Shown here: one piece after another, positions 12,346 through 26,530 of the stretch
Numbering within the stretch: position 1 is the first letter of the stretch
Layout: every line of letters begins with the position of its first letter
Source of the DNA: Octopus sinensis
Taxonomy: Eukaryota
Direction of reading: 5' to 3'
Assembly (NCBI RefSeq): GCF_006345805.1
Contig: NC_043005.1
Coordinates: 13,454,001 to 13,518,000 of the forward strand
Length of the DNA stretch: 64,000 nt
Program-made: the position numbers and the translations under genes
Notes under the pieces: generated by a model
Database searches by the model: none
What the model was told of the DNA's origin: nothing
Seen by the model: only the letters and a program-made list of their open reading frames with translations

Positions 12346-12755
12346 GGCGCAGGAGTGGCTGTGTGGTAAGTAGCTTGCTTACCAACCACATGGTTCCGGG
12401 TTCAGTCCCACTGCGTGGCACCTTGGGCAAGGGTCTTCTACTATAGCCTTGGGCCGACCAAAGCCTTGTGAGTGGATTTGGTAGATGGAAACTGAAAGAA
12501 GCCCGTCATATATATGTATACATATATATGTGTGCATGTATGTTTGTGTGTCTGTGTTTGTCCCCCTAGCATTGCTTGACAACCGATGCGGGTGTGTTTA
12601 CGTCCCCGTCACTTAGCGGTTCGGCAAAAGAGACTGATAGAATAAGTACTGGGCTTACAAAGAATAAGTCCCGGGGTCGAGTTGCTCGACTAAAGGCGGT
12701 GCTCCAGCATGACTGCAGTCAACTGACTGAAACAAGTAAAAGAGAGTAAAGAGTA
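12346..12755 (+). mobile_element. tRNA-headed SINE family A, full length
   Basis: A box TGGCTGTGTGG, B box GGTTCAGTCCC, internal (TA/TG)n, (GAGTAAA)n-like tail; more than 15 copies or fragments in the window. Confidence 0.85.
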
Positions 12756-13130
12756 ATAGGTTAACTAGGTTTAAGTTTTATTTGTAAAATAAAGTTGCTT
12801 TGAATTTGCTGCAGAAAGTGGTCTATATTTGTGGTGGGGAGGATGAATGGGGTGCTAAGGAATGTGGACCGGGTGCCAAGTGGGTGGCAGCCTGAAAATG
12901 CTTGGGGAATTACTGCATTAGATAATGTAGCACTAAACATATCATGCCTGAAAAAAAAAAAATGATGAGAAGTTGTCACATATGGAGCATGTTTGATTGT
13001 AAGCCAGTATAATCAGAGCTGACCTGAAGTTTAACCCTTTCATTACTGTATTTATTTTGAGATGTTCAGTGTTTCTTTCAATTACTTTAAATATAACAAA
13101 GAATTTAGTAAAATAACTAAGTTATCATTC

Positions 13131-13530
13131 ATGGCTGTGTGATAAGTAGCTTGCTTACCAACCATATGGTTCCGGGCTCAGTCCCACTGTGTGGCACCTT
13201 GGGCAAGTGTCTTCTACTACAGCCTCAGGCCAATCAAAACCTTGTGAGTGGATTTGGTATACGGAAACTGAAAGAAGCCCATCGTATATATGTATATATG
13301 TATATGTATATAATTGTGTGTGTGTGTTTGTCCATTCCTCCCGCCCAACATCGCTTGACAACCAATGCTGGTATGTTTACATCCCTGTCACTTAGCGGTT
13401 CAGCAAGAGAGACCGATAGAATAAGTACTAGGCTTACAAAGAATAAGTCCTGGGGTCGATTTGCTCGACTAAAGGCAGTGCTCCAGCATGGCACAGCCAA
13501 ATGACTGAAACAAATAAAAGAATTAAAAGG
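13131..13530 (+). mobile_element. SINE family A
   Basis: Homologous to 12346-12755. Confidence 0.85.
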
Positions 13531-13639
13531 AAAGAGAAAGAAAGAATTTATTGGTGGACTGAAATAGTTTTTTTTTTTTTTTTACAATTAACTGGACTTT
13601 TAGGATGATTTATTATATGAACTCATCATTTATTTACAG

Positions 13640-14046
13640 TACTCTTTTACTCTTTTACTTGTTTCAGTCATTTGACTGCGGCCATGCTGGAGCACCGCCT
13701 TTAATCGAGCAACTCGACCCCGGGACTTATTCTTTTGTAAGCCCAGTACTTATTCTATCGGTCTCTTTTGTCGAACCGCTAAGTGACGGGGACATAAACA
13801 CACCAGCATCGGTTGTCAAGCAATGCTAGGAGGACAAACACAGACACACAAACACACACACGCATATATATATACATATATACGACAGGCTTCTTTCAGT
13901 TTCCGCCTACCAAATCCACTTACAAGGCTTTGGTCAGCCCGAGGCTATAGCAGAAGGCACTTGCCCAGGGTGCCACGCAGTGGGACTGAACCCGGAACCA
14001 TGTGGTTGGTTAGCAAGCTACTTACCACACAGCCACTCCTGCGCCT
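13640..14046 (-). mobile_element. SINE family A, full length
   Basis: Reverse complement of 12346-12755. Confidence 0.85.
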
Positions 14047-14423
14047 ATACATTTAAATATCAATACATGTGCATACTTTGAAGATTAACAGATCAATATT
14101 TAAGTATTGACATGATTGATTTCATATCAGTTTTGACAAATGAGAGTTCTAGTTGCTCCTTCAATGGAACTACATCCTTATTGGATTACATTGTAAGTTA
14201 CACATCCGTGTTGTAAATAGTACGGGATTTGAACATACATACAGACAAACATACAAACAGCATCATCATCATCATTATCCTCATCATCATTTAATGTCTA
14301 TTTTCCATGCTGGCATGGGTTGGACTGTTTGATAGGAGCTGGCAAGCCTGTGGACTGCACCAAGGTCCATTGTCTCTTTTGGCATGGTTTTTACAGCTGG
14401 ATGCCCTATTTAATGCCAACCAT

Positions 14424-14965
14424 GGTGGCTGCCCCCTCATTATCGAGTATGGCCATTGCACGAAGCTTAATCAATGTTGTTATCGTGCAATGCTTGTGCA
14501 AGAATATTTTTTTTTAAGTGAGGAAAGGCTGTGCACTGAGTCAATCCCACTCACTAAGCAACAGCAGCCATAATCCGAAAAGAAGACCAAATCAACATCA
14601 TCAGTAACTACTGAGCCGCAGGTTTTATGTCGGAGTTATCCCAGTTACCTGAGTTACCTTCTCATACAAGGATGCCCAAACAAAGGCTAACAAATGGTTT
14701 AACCGCGCGATCAGGTATTCAGTCCGATTATTTCTATGTCCCCGCGCATGATACAGCCTTAAGGCATTTATTGGATGGCCGTTGACTCTCAAGAGTTGCT
14801 CCACCCTTTGACGGGTTTTGCTTTTCATCCCGCAGAGTTTTCAATAAACACCCTCCTCACCAAGCAAGCTTGGTGAGGTTGCCGGTTTAGTCGCCGACGA
14901 CCTGACCATGCAACAGGTTGTACTGTGTTACATGTTACCAATAGCACTCGAAAGTGACCTGACAT
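14424..14965 (-). mobile_element. Non-autonomous element with an RTE-like 5' leader; 11-bp TSD ATGCCAACCAT
   Basis: TSD at 14413-14423 and 14966-14976; homologous end to end with 31640-32194. Confidence 0.7.
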
Positions 14966-15174
14966 ATGCCAACCATACATACATACATACATACATATAA
15001 GCATGCATGCATACATACAGACAGACATACATACATCCATCCATATGTTCATACATCCATCAATCCATCCACCCATCCATCCATCCATCCATCCATCCAT
15101 CCATCCATCCATCCATCCTTCCATCCATACATACATACATACATACATACATGCATGCATGCATACATACACAT

Positions 15175-15545
15175 ATCCAGATCATAAGTTCAGATTTATA
15201 CCTGTAATTATTGGGGCACTGGGATATGTAACACACTGCCTAAATACAAATCTTGAGAAATTAGGCTTCTCAAAACCAGAAAGGAGAAAGCTGTTTTGAA
15301 GACTACAGATCCAAACCATGTACTGGAACTATAAAAATCTGTAAAACTTTCCAGAGGTTTATCATTTAAGTATATATGAGCATGTCTAGATATGCAACTA
15401 TATGCATGAGAAATATGCAACTACATGCATGAGAATACATACATAAAACAAAACATACATACAAAAATACCCTGTTGATGTTGTTTAGAAAGTGACTCTT
15501 TCTCTATTGGCCAGAAATCTTGAAATAAAACTGAATAATGACATT
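15175..15545 (+). mobile_element. R4/Dong-type (RLE) non-LTR retrotransposon 3' end
   Basis: [14 protein letters not shown]...LEKLGFS; 3' UTR with AATAAA, then (ATAC)n. Confidence 0.65.
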
Positions 15546-16039
15546 CATACATACATACATACATTCATACATACATACATACATACATACATACATTCAT
15601 ACATACATACATACATACATACATACATACATACATACATACATACATACATACATACATACAAACGTACTTACTTACTAACTTAACTAAGCCCTTCACT
15701 CCTTATGGAACTTAGGCTATCCTCTACTGTTTTCAATTCTTGGCTATCTCCCTGGTGGAAGGCCTTCCTCTCCCAGGTCTTGTCATCAATGCTTCTTTGA
15801 TTTATCATTTTTCAAGGTAAGAGGTGTTGACCTTCTGCAAACCCATTTTTACCTCCAGGAAAAACTAGTCCATATTAGTCTAGCCTCTATTCTTTCACCT
15901 GATTCAGCACAGGAAGCTTTAATAAGTGGTTTGCACTGAGCTGACATAGATCTTATGAGCCTTGAGGCGCAAAAGCCACTACACTGCAACAAGGGATGGA
16001 CCTTGTGGTGGACATGTACATGCATGTGCATATACACAA

Positions 16040-16495
16040 ATACACATACATATTTACTGGCACTTATACCAGTAAATATGCCTTACTGGCACTTATGCCT
16101 GTGCTAGTGGGGTGCCAAGAGCACCATCCGAGCGTGATCGTTGCCAGAGCAGCCAACTGGCTTCCGTACCCATGGCACATAAAAGGGCACCATTTGAGCG
16201 TGATTGTTACCAACGTCGCTTCACTGGTACCTGTGCCAGTGGAACGTGTAAACAGATTCGAGCGAGGTCATTGCCAGTGCCACCTGACTGGCCCCCATGC
16301 CGGTGACATGTATAAAGCACCCACTACACTCTTGGAGTGGTTGGCGTTAGGAAGGGCATCCAGCCGTAGAAACTCTGCCAGATCAAGATTAGAGCCTGGT
16401 GCAACCATCTGGCTCGCCAGCCCTCAGCCAAAGTCGTCCAACCCATGCTAGCATGGAAAGCGGACGTTAAACGATGATGATGATGATGATGATAT
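16040..16495 (+). mobile_element. RTE-family 3' UTR/tail fragment. Further copies at about 14270-14420, 22670-23120, 39355-39500, 41650-41780, 48200-48480, 48830-49260, 52460-52980, 53070-53515, 59450-59635 and 63870-64000
   Basis: Shared GAGTGGTTGGCGTTAGGAAGGGCATCCAGC...CCAACCCATGCTAGCATGGAAAGCGGACGTTAAAC(GAT)n end, as in the RT-bearing copy. Confidence 0.8.
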
Positions 16496-16770
16496 TTACA
16501 TATCCTTATAAGCAATGCAAATAGGACCAATGTGCAAAACATACATTTGAACACATACATAGATGCAGCTGACAAAAGCAAAATGATTGCTTATCTCAAA
16601 TGCAATCCACCCATGCCAGCATGGACAACGGATGTTAAATGATGATACAGAATGAGTAAAAAATCTCTTTAGCTTTTAAATGATAATTTTTTTAAATTTC
16701 AATTCTGTTAAATTTTGTGTTTATATACTTTTATTACTATCTTTACGATTATGCTGTGACTATCTTTCTA

Positions 16771-16811
<41 letters not shown>

Positions 16812-17584
16812 TGTACGCACATAAATATATATGTATGTATGTATGTATGTATGCCTGTTTGGATGGATGGATGGATGGATGTGTATGTGTATGTGTGTGT
16901 ATAATGGAACTTTGGTTCTTTGGGAGAAACCAGCTCATTCTTTAAAGCAAGAAAACATAGAATAAAGTTTTTTACTTAGTAACTCACCAACTCTTGCATG
17001 CATGGCTTCCTGCCTCATCTCACTTTCATGGAAAAAACCATTTTTACCTCATTTTATATCAGTTTTATTGTGAGTCATGGTTCAGTTTCTTTCATAACAT
17101 TTTAAAATTCTCTCCTTCTTGTTACCTCAAAGAATGCCCACACCTAGACCTACCAACATCCCTTCTCCTAGACCTTCGATTCCCGTGTATTATCCATATA
17201 ATCCACACTAAATCTACACTAACTGACACTTAAACAGAGATCTCGAAAACGTCCTTAAATGAGGTCAAAAGGTACAAATAAAGGCGTAGGAGTGGCTGTG
17301 CGGTAAGTAGCTTGCTTACCAACCACATGGTTCTGGGTTCAGTCCCACTGCCTGGCACTTTGGGCAAGTGTCTTCTACTATAGCTTCAGGCTGACCAAAG
17401 CCTTGTGAGTGGAGTTGGTAGATGGAAACTGAAAGAAGCCTATCGTATATATGTGTATATATATGTATGTATATATATATATATATATATCATCATCATT
17501 CATCATCATCGTCGTTTAACGTCCGCTTTCCATGCTAGCATGGGTTGGACGGTTATATATATAATTATATATATATATATATAT

Positions 17585-19163
17585 CATCATCATCATCATC
17601 ATCATCGTTTAACGTCACGTCCGCTTCCGCGCTAGCACGGGTTGGACGGTTCAGCCGGGTCTGGAAGCCAGGGGCCCGCTCCAGGCCAGTCTGAATCTGG
17701 CAGAGTTTCTACGGCTGGATGCCCTTCCTAACGCCAACCACTCCGTGAGTGGATTGGGTGCTTTTTACGTGCCACCTGCACAGAGGCCGGAGGGTCCGGC
17801 ATCGTCACGATCGGTTCGAGCATTTTAACGTGTCAGCGGCACGGGGGCAACGAGGTCCGGGGTACTTTGGGGATCGGGGTACTTTGGGGATCCAGGGTAC
17901 TTTGGGGATCCGGGGTACTTAGAATGGGTAGGGGGGTATGTGGAATTGCTGCAGAAAGCAGCCCGGGTCTTTGTAGTCACAGCATATCTCCAGAGATCTC
18001 GGTCCTTCGCCATTGCCTCAGTGAGGCCCAATGTTCTGAGGTCATGCTTGACCACTTCATCCCATGTCTCCTGGGTCTACCTCTCCCCCTGATACCTTCA
18101 ACTGTTGGGAGTGGCACTTCTTCACACATCTCTCTTCATCAATCCGCAGCACATGACCATACCATCGCAAGCGTCGCTCTTGCACACCACATCTGATGCT
18201 TTTATATCCAGCATTCTCTCAGGATACTTACACTCTGTTTGCGTGCACACTGACACACAATCCAGCGGATCATGCTAGCTTCATTTCTTTCAAGTCTACG
18301 CATGTCTTCTGCAGTCACAGCCCATGTTTCATACCATGAAGCATGGCAGTTCGCACACATGCATCATACAATCTACCTTTTGCTCTGAGGGAGAGACCTT
18401 TTGTTGCCAGTAGGGGTAGGAGCTTTCTGAACTTGCCCAGGCTATTCGTATTCTAGTGGTGATACTCTCTGGCATCCACCTCCGCTACTAACTTGGTCAC
18501 CCAGGTAGCGGAAACTATCAACTACTTCTAGTTTCTCTCCCTGGAGTGTGATGGATGGTGATTCTGTTTTCTGAGTGTCTGTTGTGTCTATTGTCCCTGT
18601 GCATCTGCCGCACATGAAAGCTATCTTATCTGTTAATTTCCCTTTAATGTTGCTGCACCTCTTATGTGTCCATAACTTACATTGGGTGCATCTTATGGAG
18701 TTTCTACCTGTACCTTTCCTACAGGTTGAGCAGGGCCATACCCGAGGGGATGTGTGCTGAGTACCTCTTGTTGCTTACTAATACTTTGGTCTTTGCTACA
18801 TTTATTCTAAGGCCCTTTGATTCCAACCCTTGCTTCCACACCCGAAATTTCTCTTCTAGTTCCGGTAGTGATCTGCTATGAGAGCTAGGTCATCGGCATA
18901 GAGGAGCTCCCAGGGGCATCCCGTTTTGAATTCCTCTGTTGTTGCCTGAAGGACTATGATGAATAAAAGGGGACTGAGGGCTGAGCCCTGGTGCACACCT
19001 ACTTCTACCCGGAATTCTTCACTATATTCGTTGCCAATCCTAACCTTGCTGACAGCCTCTCTGTATATAGAGCCTGTACAGCCCTTATTAGCATCCTTTC
19101 TTCAATCTCCAGTTTCCGCATCGACCACCAGATAAGGGAACGGGGAACCCTGTCAAAGGCTTT
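17585..19163 (-). mobile_element. 5'-truncated, frameshifted RTE-clade LINE (RT domain to 3' tail)
   Basis: Minus strand reads KAFDRVPR, GVHQGSALSPLLF, LLYADDL, RWYGHV; 3' end GGACGTTAAAC(GAT)n. Confidence 0.9.
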
Positions 19164-19622
19164 ATATATGTATATATGTATATATGTATGTATGTATGTA
19201 TGTATGTAGTACGTATGTGTGTGTGTGTGTGTGTGTGTAAGTGTTTGTGTGTCTGTCTTTGTCCCCCCCCCCCACCAACATCACTTGACAACCGATGCTG
19301 GTGTGTTTACGTACCCGTAACTTAGCGGTTCGGCAAAAAGAGACCGATAGAATAAGTACTAGGCTTACAAAGAATAAGTCCTGAGGTCGATTTTCTCAAC
19401 TAAAGGAGGTGTTCCAGCATGGCCACAGTCAAATGACTGCATCAAGTAAAAGAGTAAAAGAGTATATAGATCCCACAGATCAATAATGTCTTCTGACATT
19501 ATTGATAAAAGATACATAACCAAGCGAACCAATATTTTTTGGTATAAATGTAAATTATTAATTTAGAGAGAGCGATTTTAGGTTTCAAAGTTGATATATT
19601 TTCCATCTAATTCTATGAGATA

Positions 19623-20022
19623 CTAGCAGTGTCGCCCGGCGTTGCTCGGATTTGTAAGGGAAATAACTATATAAGCATTTTTAGAGATGTAAAGTATAAT
19701 AGCCATCTCAATATGGCTAACATAAGGGTGGGTGGTGTGTGTTACTGTAGCTTTTTACGTTCTGAGATTTAATAATAAATTTTTAGAGAGTTACTTCCCT
19801 TATATATGCCAAAAATGCATTAAAAATGGGAAAAATTGATGGTAAATTTTTTTTAAATCGTAGACTCATTGTAGACGCGCGCTAATACCCAGAAGGACTC
19901 GATATGAATCACGACTATAAGATACCCGGTTTTGGTTAAACTGCACCGCAAAATGTGGGAGTAGTTAGGAATCTAAATCGTAGGAGACAGACAGCACACA
20001 ACCTCACTTTTATTTATAAAGA
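19623..20022 (-). mobile_element. Non-autonomous Helitron
   Basis: Minus strand A|TCTTTAT...CCGAGCAACGCCGGGCGACACTGCTAG|T: 5' TC, subterminal GC-rich hairpin, 3' CTAG, inserted in AT, no TSD. Confidence 0.85.
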
Positions 20023-20934
20023 TATAATTTGAAATCATAGGTGCAGGTGTGGCTGTGGTAAGAAGCTTGCTTACCAACCACATGGTTCCATGTTCAGTCC
20101 TACTGTGTGGCTCCTTGGGCAAATGTCTTCTACTATAGCCTTGTGCTGACCAAAGCCTCAGGAGTGGATTTGATGGGCAGAAACTGAAAGATCATTAAAG
20201 GTGGTGAGCTGGCAGAAACGTTAGCGCGCCGGGTGAAATGCTTAGCGGTATTTCGTCTGTCGCTACATTCTGAGTTCAAATTCCGCTGAGGTTGATTTTG
20301 CCTTTCATCCTTTCGGGGTCGATTAAATAAGTACCAGTTACGCACTGGAGTTGATGTAATCGACTTAATCCATTTGTGTCCTTGTTTGTCCTCTCTGTGT
20401 TTAGCCCCTTGTGGGTAGTAAAGAAATAGATATTTCGTCTGTCGCTACGTTCTGAGTTCAAATTCCGCTCAGGTCGACTTTGCCTTTCATCCTTTCAGGG
20501 TCGATTAAATAAGTACCAGTTACGTACTGAGGTCAATATAATCGACTTAATCCGTTTTTCTGTCCTTGTTTATCCCCTCTGTGTGTAGCCCCTTGTGGAC
20601 AGTAAAGAAATAAGAATATGTGTGTGTGGGGGGGGGAGTATGATTTATATGAAAGTATATGATGTGTTGTGAAGAAACAATAAAACAACCATTAATTATA
20701 CAGAGGTTGTATAATTAAACTATTTGACCTTTACCAACAACTGTTGATACAGACAATAACGTCACATCAATGCATAATCTGATCTTCATATCACTGGTGA
20801 TTATTTCATTACAGTTGTTAAACATATTTCTTGTCAGTCCTGGGAGGTATCTGATGACATATGTCAAAGTTCCCGGTGGAAATCATGTTAGATAAATCAG
20901 GCATATTAGACTCAGCATGAAGCTCTAGATTCAA

Positions 20935-21350
20935 TTCCTCTTCTGCCATGCTTCACAGCAGTGAAACATGGTGTATGACTACAAAGGATATGTGTAGGCT
21001 CGAAAGAAATGAAGCTAGCATGATCCGCTGGATGTTTAATGTCAGTGTGCACACACGACAGAGTGTAAGTGCCTTGAGAGAAATGTTGGACATAAGAAGC
21101 ATCGGAAGTGCCATGCAAGAGAGACGTTTGCGTTGGTATGGTCATGTACTATGGATGGATGAGGAGAGATGTGTGAAGAAGTGCCACTTCTAAGCAGTTG
21201 GAGGAATCCGGGGTAGAGGTAGACCCAGGAAGGCATGGGATGAGGTGGTCAAGCATGACCTTCAAACATTGGGCCTCACAGAGGCAATGCCAAAAGACCG
21301 AGACCTCTGGAGATATGCTGTGACTGCGAAGACCCGACAAATGAACTGAA
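20935..21350 (+). mobile_element. RTE-clade LINE fragment (ORF C-terminus)
   Basis: ORF 20948-21193 LHSSETW...RRLRWYGHV; homologous to 17980-18400. Confidence 0.85.
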
Positions 21351-21492
21351 TGCTAAAAGGGTTAATAAAGGTTTTGAGAACATTATCAAAATATGGCAGG
21401 TGTCTAAAGGTAGTTGTGAGTGGGGGGTACAACAACCAAAATACTGTGATTTTAACAAACTAGCTGAGGAACCTAGAGAGAACATATCATCA

Positions 21493-21493
21493 C

Positions 21494-21576
<83 letters not shown>

Positions 21577-21622
21577 AATAATGATAATAATAATAATAAT
21601 GATGATGATGATAATAATAATA

Positions 21623-21681
<59 letters not shown>

Positions 21682-21700
21682 AATAATAATAATAATAATT
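21493..21700. repeat. (AAT)n/(GAT)n compound microsatellite
   Basis: Direct reading. Confidence 0.95.
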
Positions 21701-21932
21701 ATAGTTCCTCTTCCTTAGAAATTCTCACAAATATTTGTAGTTTTATAATTGTAGAATGTATTTGTGGATGTACAAGCATTCGGGTTTTCAAGTGCGTTTG
21801 CATGTTTGTACTTGTGTACGAGAGAGTGTGGGAGCAGAACAGAGATAAGGCGATAGAAAAGTAAGAAAGAGAACAATAAGGAGAAAGATAAAAGAAAAAT
21901 ATTTATCATTCTGTATACATGCATATATAGGA

Positions 21933-21973
<41 letters not shown>

Positions 21974-23447
21974 GCATACATATATGGGTGGGTTTCTAAA
22001 ACTGCTCCCTAAATATACATGTAGTCACCTGTCATGAAACTAAGTTAAGGGATACAAGTTTCAGCATGATTTTGGTCAATGAGGTCATATTTAGTAATAT
22101 CACACGAGCAGTATTATAACTATATTATCATAAAATAGGAAAATGTGTTACCACCAAACTAAATGTTACCAATGATTAGCAATATGACTGAGTGAAAAAA
22201 GAACTCAAGAAAGATATTCTGCATACTAAGCTTAAATACCTCTACAAATGTAATATCAGGTGTTGAGAAACTTCTAGTAAATGAGATATAGCCAAGCAAT
22301 TAATAGGTAAAACCCATTTTAGGAATGTTTAGAATAACACAAGCAAGGGAGATAAATTCAGTAAGATCAGTTGATTGAAATTTTGGGACACCATAGACCA
22401 GTATTTAACAATCTTTTAGTCTCGTGGAACCCTTAAAATACATATTGTATCTCAGGATAAATATTATTATATATCATTATCAATCACTTTATTTCACTTT
22501 GATACAAAGTTAAATTTCATATGATTAAGCAAGTCATAAAATTGTTGTTGGAAAGTTTGGCAACGCCAAATTCATTCAACACCACAAAGAATGTTTAAAA
22601 ATTTTCATTTTCACAAAGACCTTGTTTAGACCAAATTCTTTCACCATTGCCTATTAAGTGGTTATGTTCCCATCATCATCGTTTAACGTCCGTTTTCCAT
22701 GCTAGCATGGGTTGGACAATTTGACTTAGGACTGGCGAACAAGATGGCTGCACCAGGCTCCAATCTGATGAGGCAGGGTTTCTACAGCTGGATTCCCTCC
22801 CTAATGTCAACCACTCCGAGAGTGTAGTGGGTGCTTTTACATGCCACCGGCATGAGGGGCCAGTCAGGCAGTACAGTCAACGGCCATGCTCAAATATTTT
22901 TTTTTATGTGCCACCTACACAGGAGCCAGTCCAGTGGCACTGGCAACAACCTCACTCAAATGTTTTTTCACATGCCACTGGCACAAGTGCCAGTAAGGCG
23001 ATGCTGGTAATGATCAGGTTTGAATGGTGCTTTTTATATACCACCAGCACGGAAGCCAGTTAGCTGCTCTGGCAACGATCACGCTCGGATGGTGCTCTTA
23101 GCACTCCACTAGCATGGATGCCACCCATGAGATCTTATTACCTACAGGTCCCAATATTTGAATATTCCATGAATTTAGCATTAAATGCAAAAAAAATCTC
23201 TGAAATATGCATTTGCATATAGTTAGCCAATTTTTCTCTATCAATCTCTCACCAAACCTTAGGATTCCCGAGAAACTCAGATGGGACACTGATTTAGAAA
23301 ATTTAAATTGATTGGACTGGGGCTTTAACACCAGTTGGTAAGAGCAACAAGGATGAAGCAAGTGGCAGAGTGAGTTGTTATTCAAAATTTTTCTTCTCCT
23401 AAGTATGGTTGAGGAGAGAGTATGCCCCACTCATGCCTTTATTTTGG

Positions 23448-23486
<39 letters not shown>

Positions 23487-24635
23487 TTTTTCAAATTTTG
23501 GCACAAGGCTAACAGTTTTAGGGGTTTTACATTGATCCCAGCTCTTTATTGACAGTAGAAAGCTGACTTTGGTAGGATTTGAACTCAGAATGTACAGACC
23601 CATAAACAAACACAACCAAGCATTCTAGCGATTTTGCCAGTTCCCTGCCTAATTGTATTATCACAAAAGTTATAAAACAAGTCTGGGACAAATATTCTTT
23701 TGAAAATTTTCTTATTAAACCTAGAATATTCAAGTCTGTCATGGAAGAACCATGAAAACCACTTAAAATATACAACGTTATGCTTACATTTGTTCTACAT
23801 TGCAAATGTATTATATACTATACACAATCGAAGTCTTTCATGGTATACCTAAATATATTGGCACTGATTTTCTATGTCATTTCTATCTTTCTATTAGGCC
23901 ATGGTTGTACAAGAACAGAAACAATTTCATATCATTTGTTCTTAAATACATTTACCCATTGTGGCTGTTTGGAACTCTGCACTGGATGTTCTAAGTGCAA
24001 TTGGATGCTTAAGCACAACATATGCTCTTACATGGCACTACACGGGTGCTTTTACATGGTGCCACACAAGTGCTTTTATGTGGCACTGCATGGACGCTTT
24101 TACATAGCAACACCACAAGCACTTTACAGCACCAGAAGGGTTGGTCTTAACACTTCTGATGTGGAGTTCAGGTCTTCTAACAAAACAGTTTCAAATATGT
24201 TGTTCCTTAACTAAGGATATATTTGTATATAAAATTGCTTTCTGCAGTTAAGAGTAAAGAAATTTTGAATGGATATATCTACTTTCCACAGTACAAGTGT
24301 AAAGACTAAAAAAATTCAGCATTGCCCTCAATAACTGGTACTTCATCGGTTATGACAATGAGGGGGTCCAGTTAATCAGATCAATGGAAGAGCTTCCTCG
24401 TGGAATTAACATGCAAGTGGCTGAGCACTCCACAGACATGTGTACTCTTAACGTGGTTCTCGGGGAGATTCAGCGTGACACAGAGGAAATACAGGTACTA
24501 CTCATTTTTGGCACTATTCATTTTTGGCACTATTCATTTTTGGCAGCCGAGTAAACTGGAGTAGCGTGAAATAAAGTGTCTTGCTCAAGGACACCACATG
24601 TTGCCAGGAATTGAACTTACATTGCACTCAATATA

Positions 24636-25046
24636 CTCTCTTTTACTCTTTTACATGTTTCAGTCATTTGACTGTGGCCATGCTGGAGCACTGCCTTTAG
24701 TCGAGCAAATCGACCCCGGGACTTATTCTTTGTAAGCCCAGTACTTATTCTATCGGTCTCTTTTGCCAAACCGCTAAGCGACGGGGACGTAAACACACCA
24801 GCATCGGTTGTCAAGCAATGCTAGGGGGACAAACACAGGCACACAAACACATACACATACATACATATACACATATATACATATATACGACAGGCTTCTT
24901 TCAGTTTCCAGTCTACCAAATCCACTCACAAGGCATTGGTCGGCCCGGGGCTATAGCAGAAGATACTTGCCCAAGATGCCATGCAGTGGGACTGAACCCG
25001 GAACCATGTGGTTGGTTAGCAAGCTACTTACCACACAGCCACTCCT
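24636..25046 (-). mobile_element. SINE family A
   Basis: Homologous to 13640-14046. Confidence 0.85.
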
Positions 25047-25069
25047 TGTTCTCATTCATTTATATTTAA

Positions 25070-25410
25070 CTAGCAGTATCGCCCGGCGTTGCTCGGGTTT
25101 GTAAGGGAAATAACTATATAAGCATTTTTAGAGAGTTATAGTCAAAAAATAGCAAAGAAATGCATTAAAAATGGAAAAAAAATGATGGTAAATTTTTTTA
25201 AAAATCGTTGACTCATCGTAGACATTTTTAGAGAGTTACTTCCCTTATATAATAGCGAAAAAAATGCATTAAAATGGAAAAAAATGATGGTAAATATTTT
25301 TTTAAATCGTAGACTCATCGTAGACGTGCGCTAATACCCAGAAATGTGGGAGTAGTTAGGAATCTAAATCGTAGGAGACAGACACACAACTTGACTTTTA
25401 TATATAAAGA
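25070..25410 (-). mobile_element. Non-autonomous Helitron, same family, with an internal duplication and deletion
   Basis: Same termini; the segment TTTTAGAGAGTTA...ACTCATCGTAGAC occurs twice. Confidence 0.85.
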
Positions 25411-25499
25411 TAACACAAGTATTTCAAACAGAATTACAAAAGAGTCTACCAGTTACAACTCACTTCTTTTATCTAAAGGTGGAACTATAGCACAACTTA

Positions 25500-26530
<1,031 letters not shown>

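Noticed and set aside
14424-14500. HDV-like ribozyme read on the plus strand (GGTGGCT/GGCCATT as P1)
   Set aside because: No P2 partner for GCCCC after the large hairpin, so the pseudoknot cannot close; treated only as terminal stem-loops.
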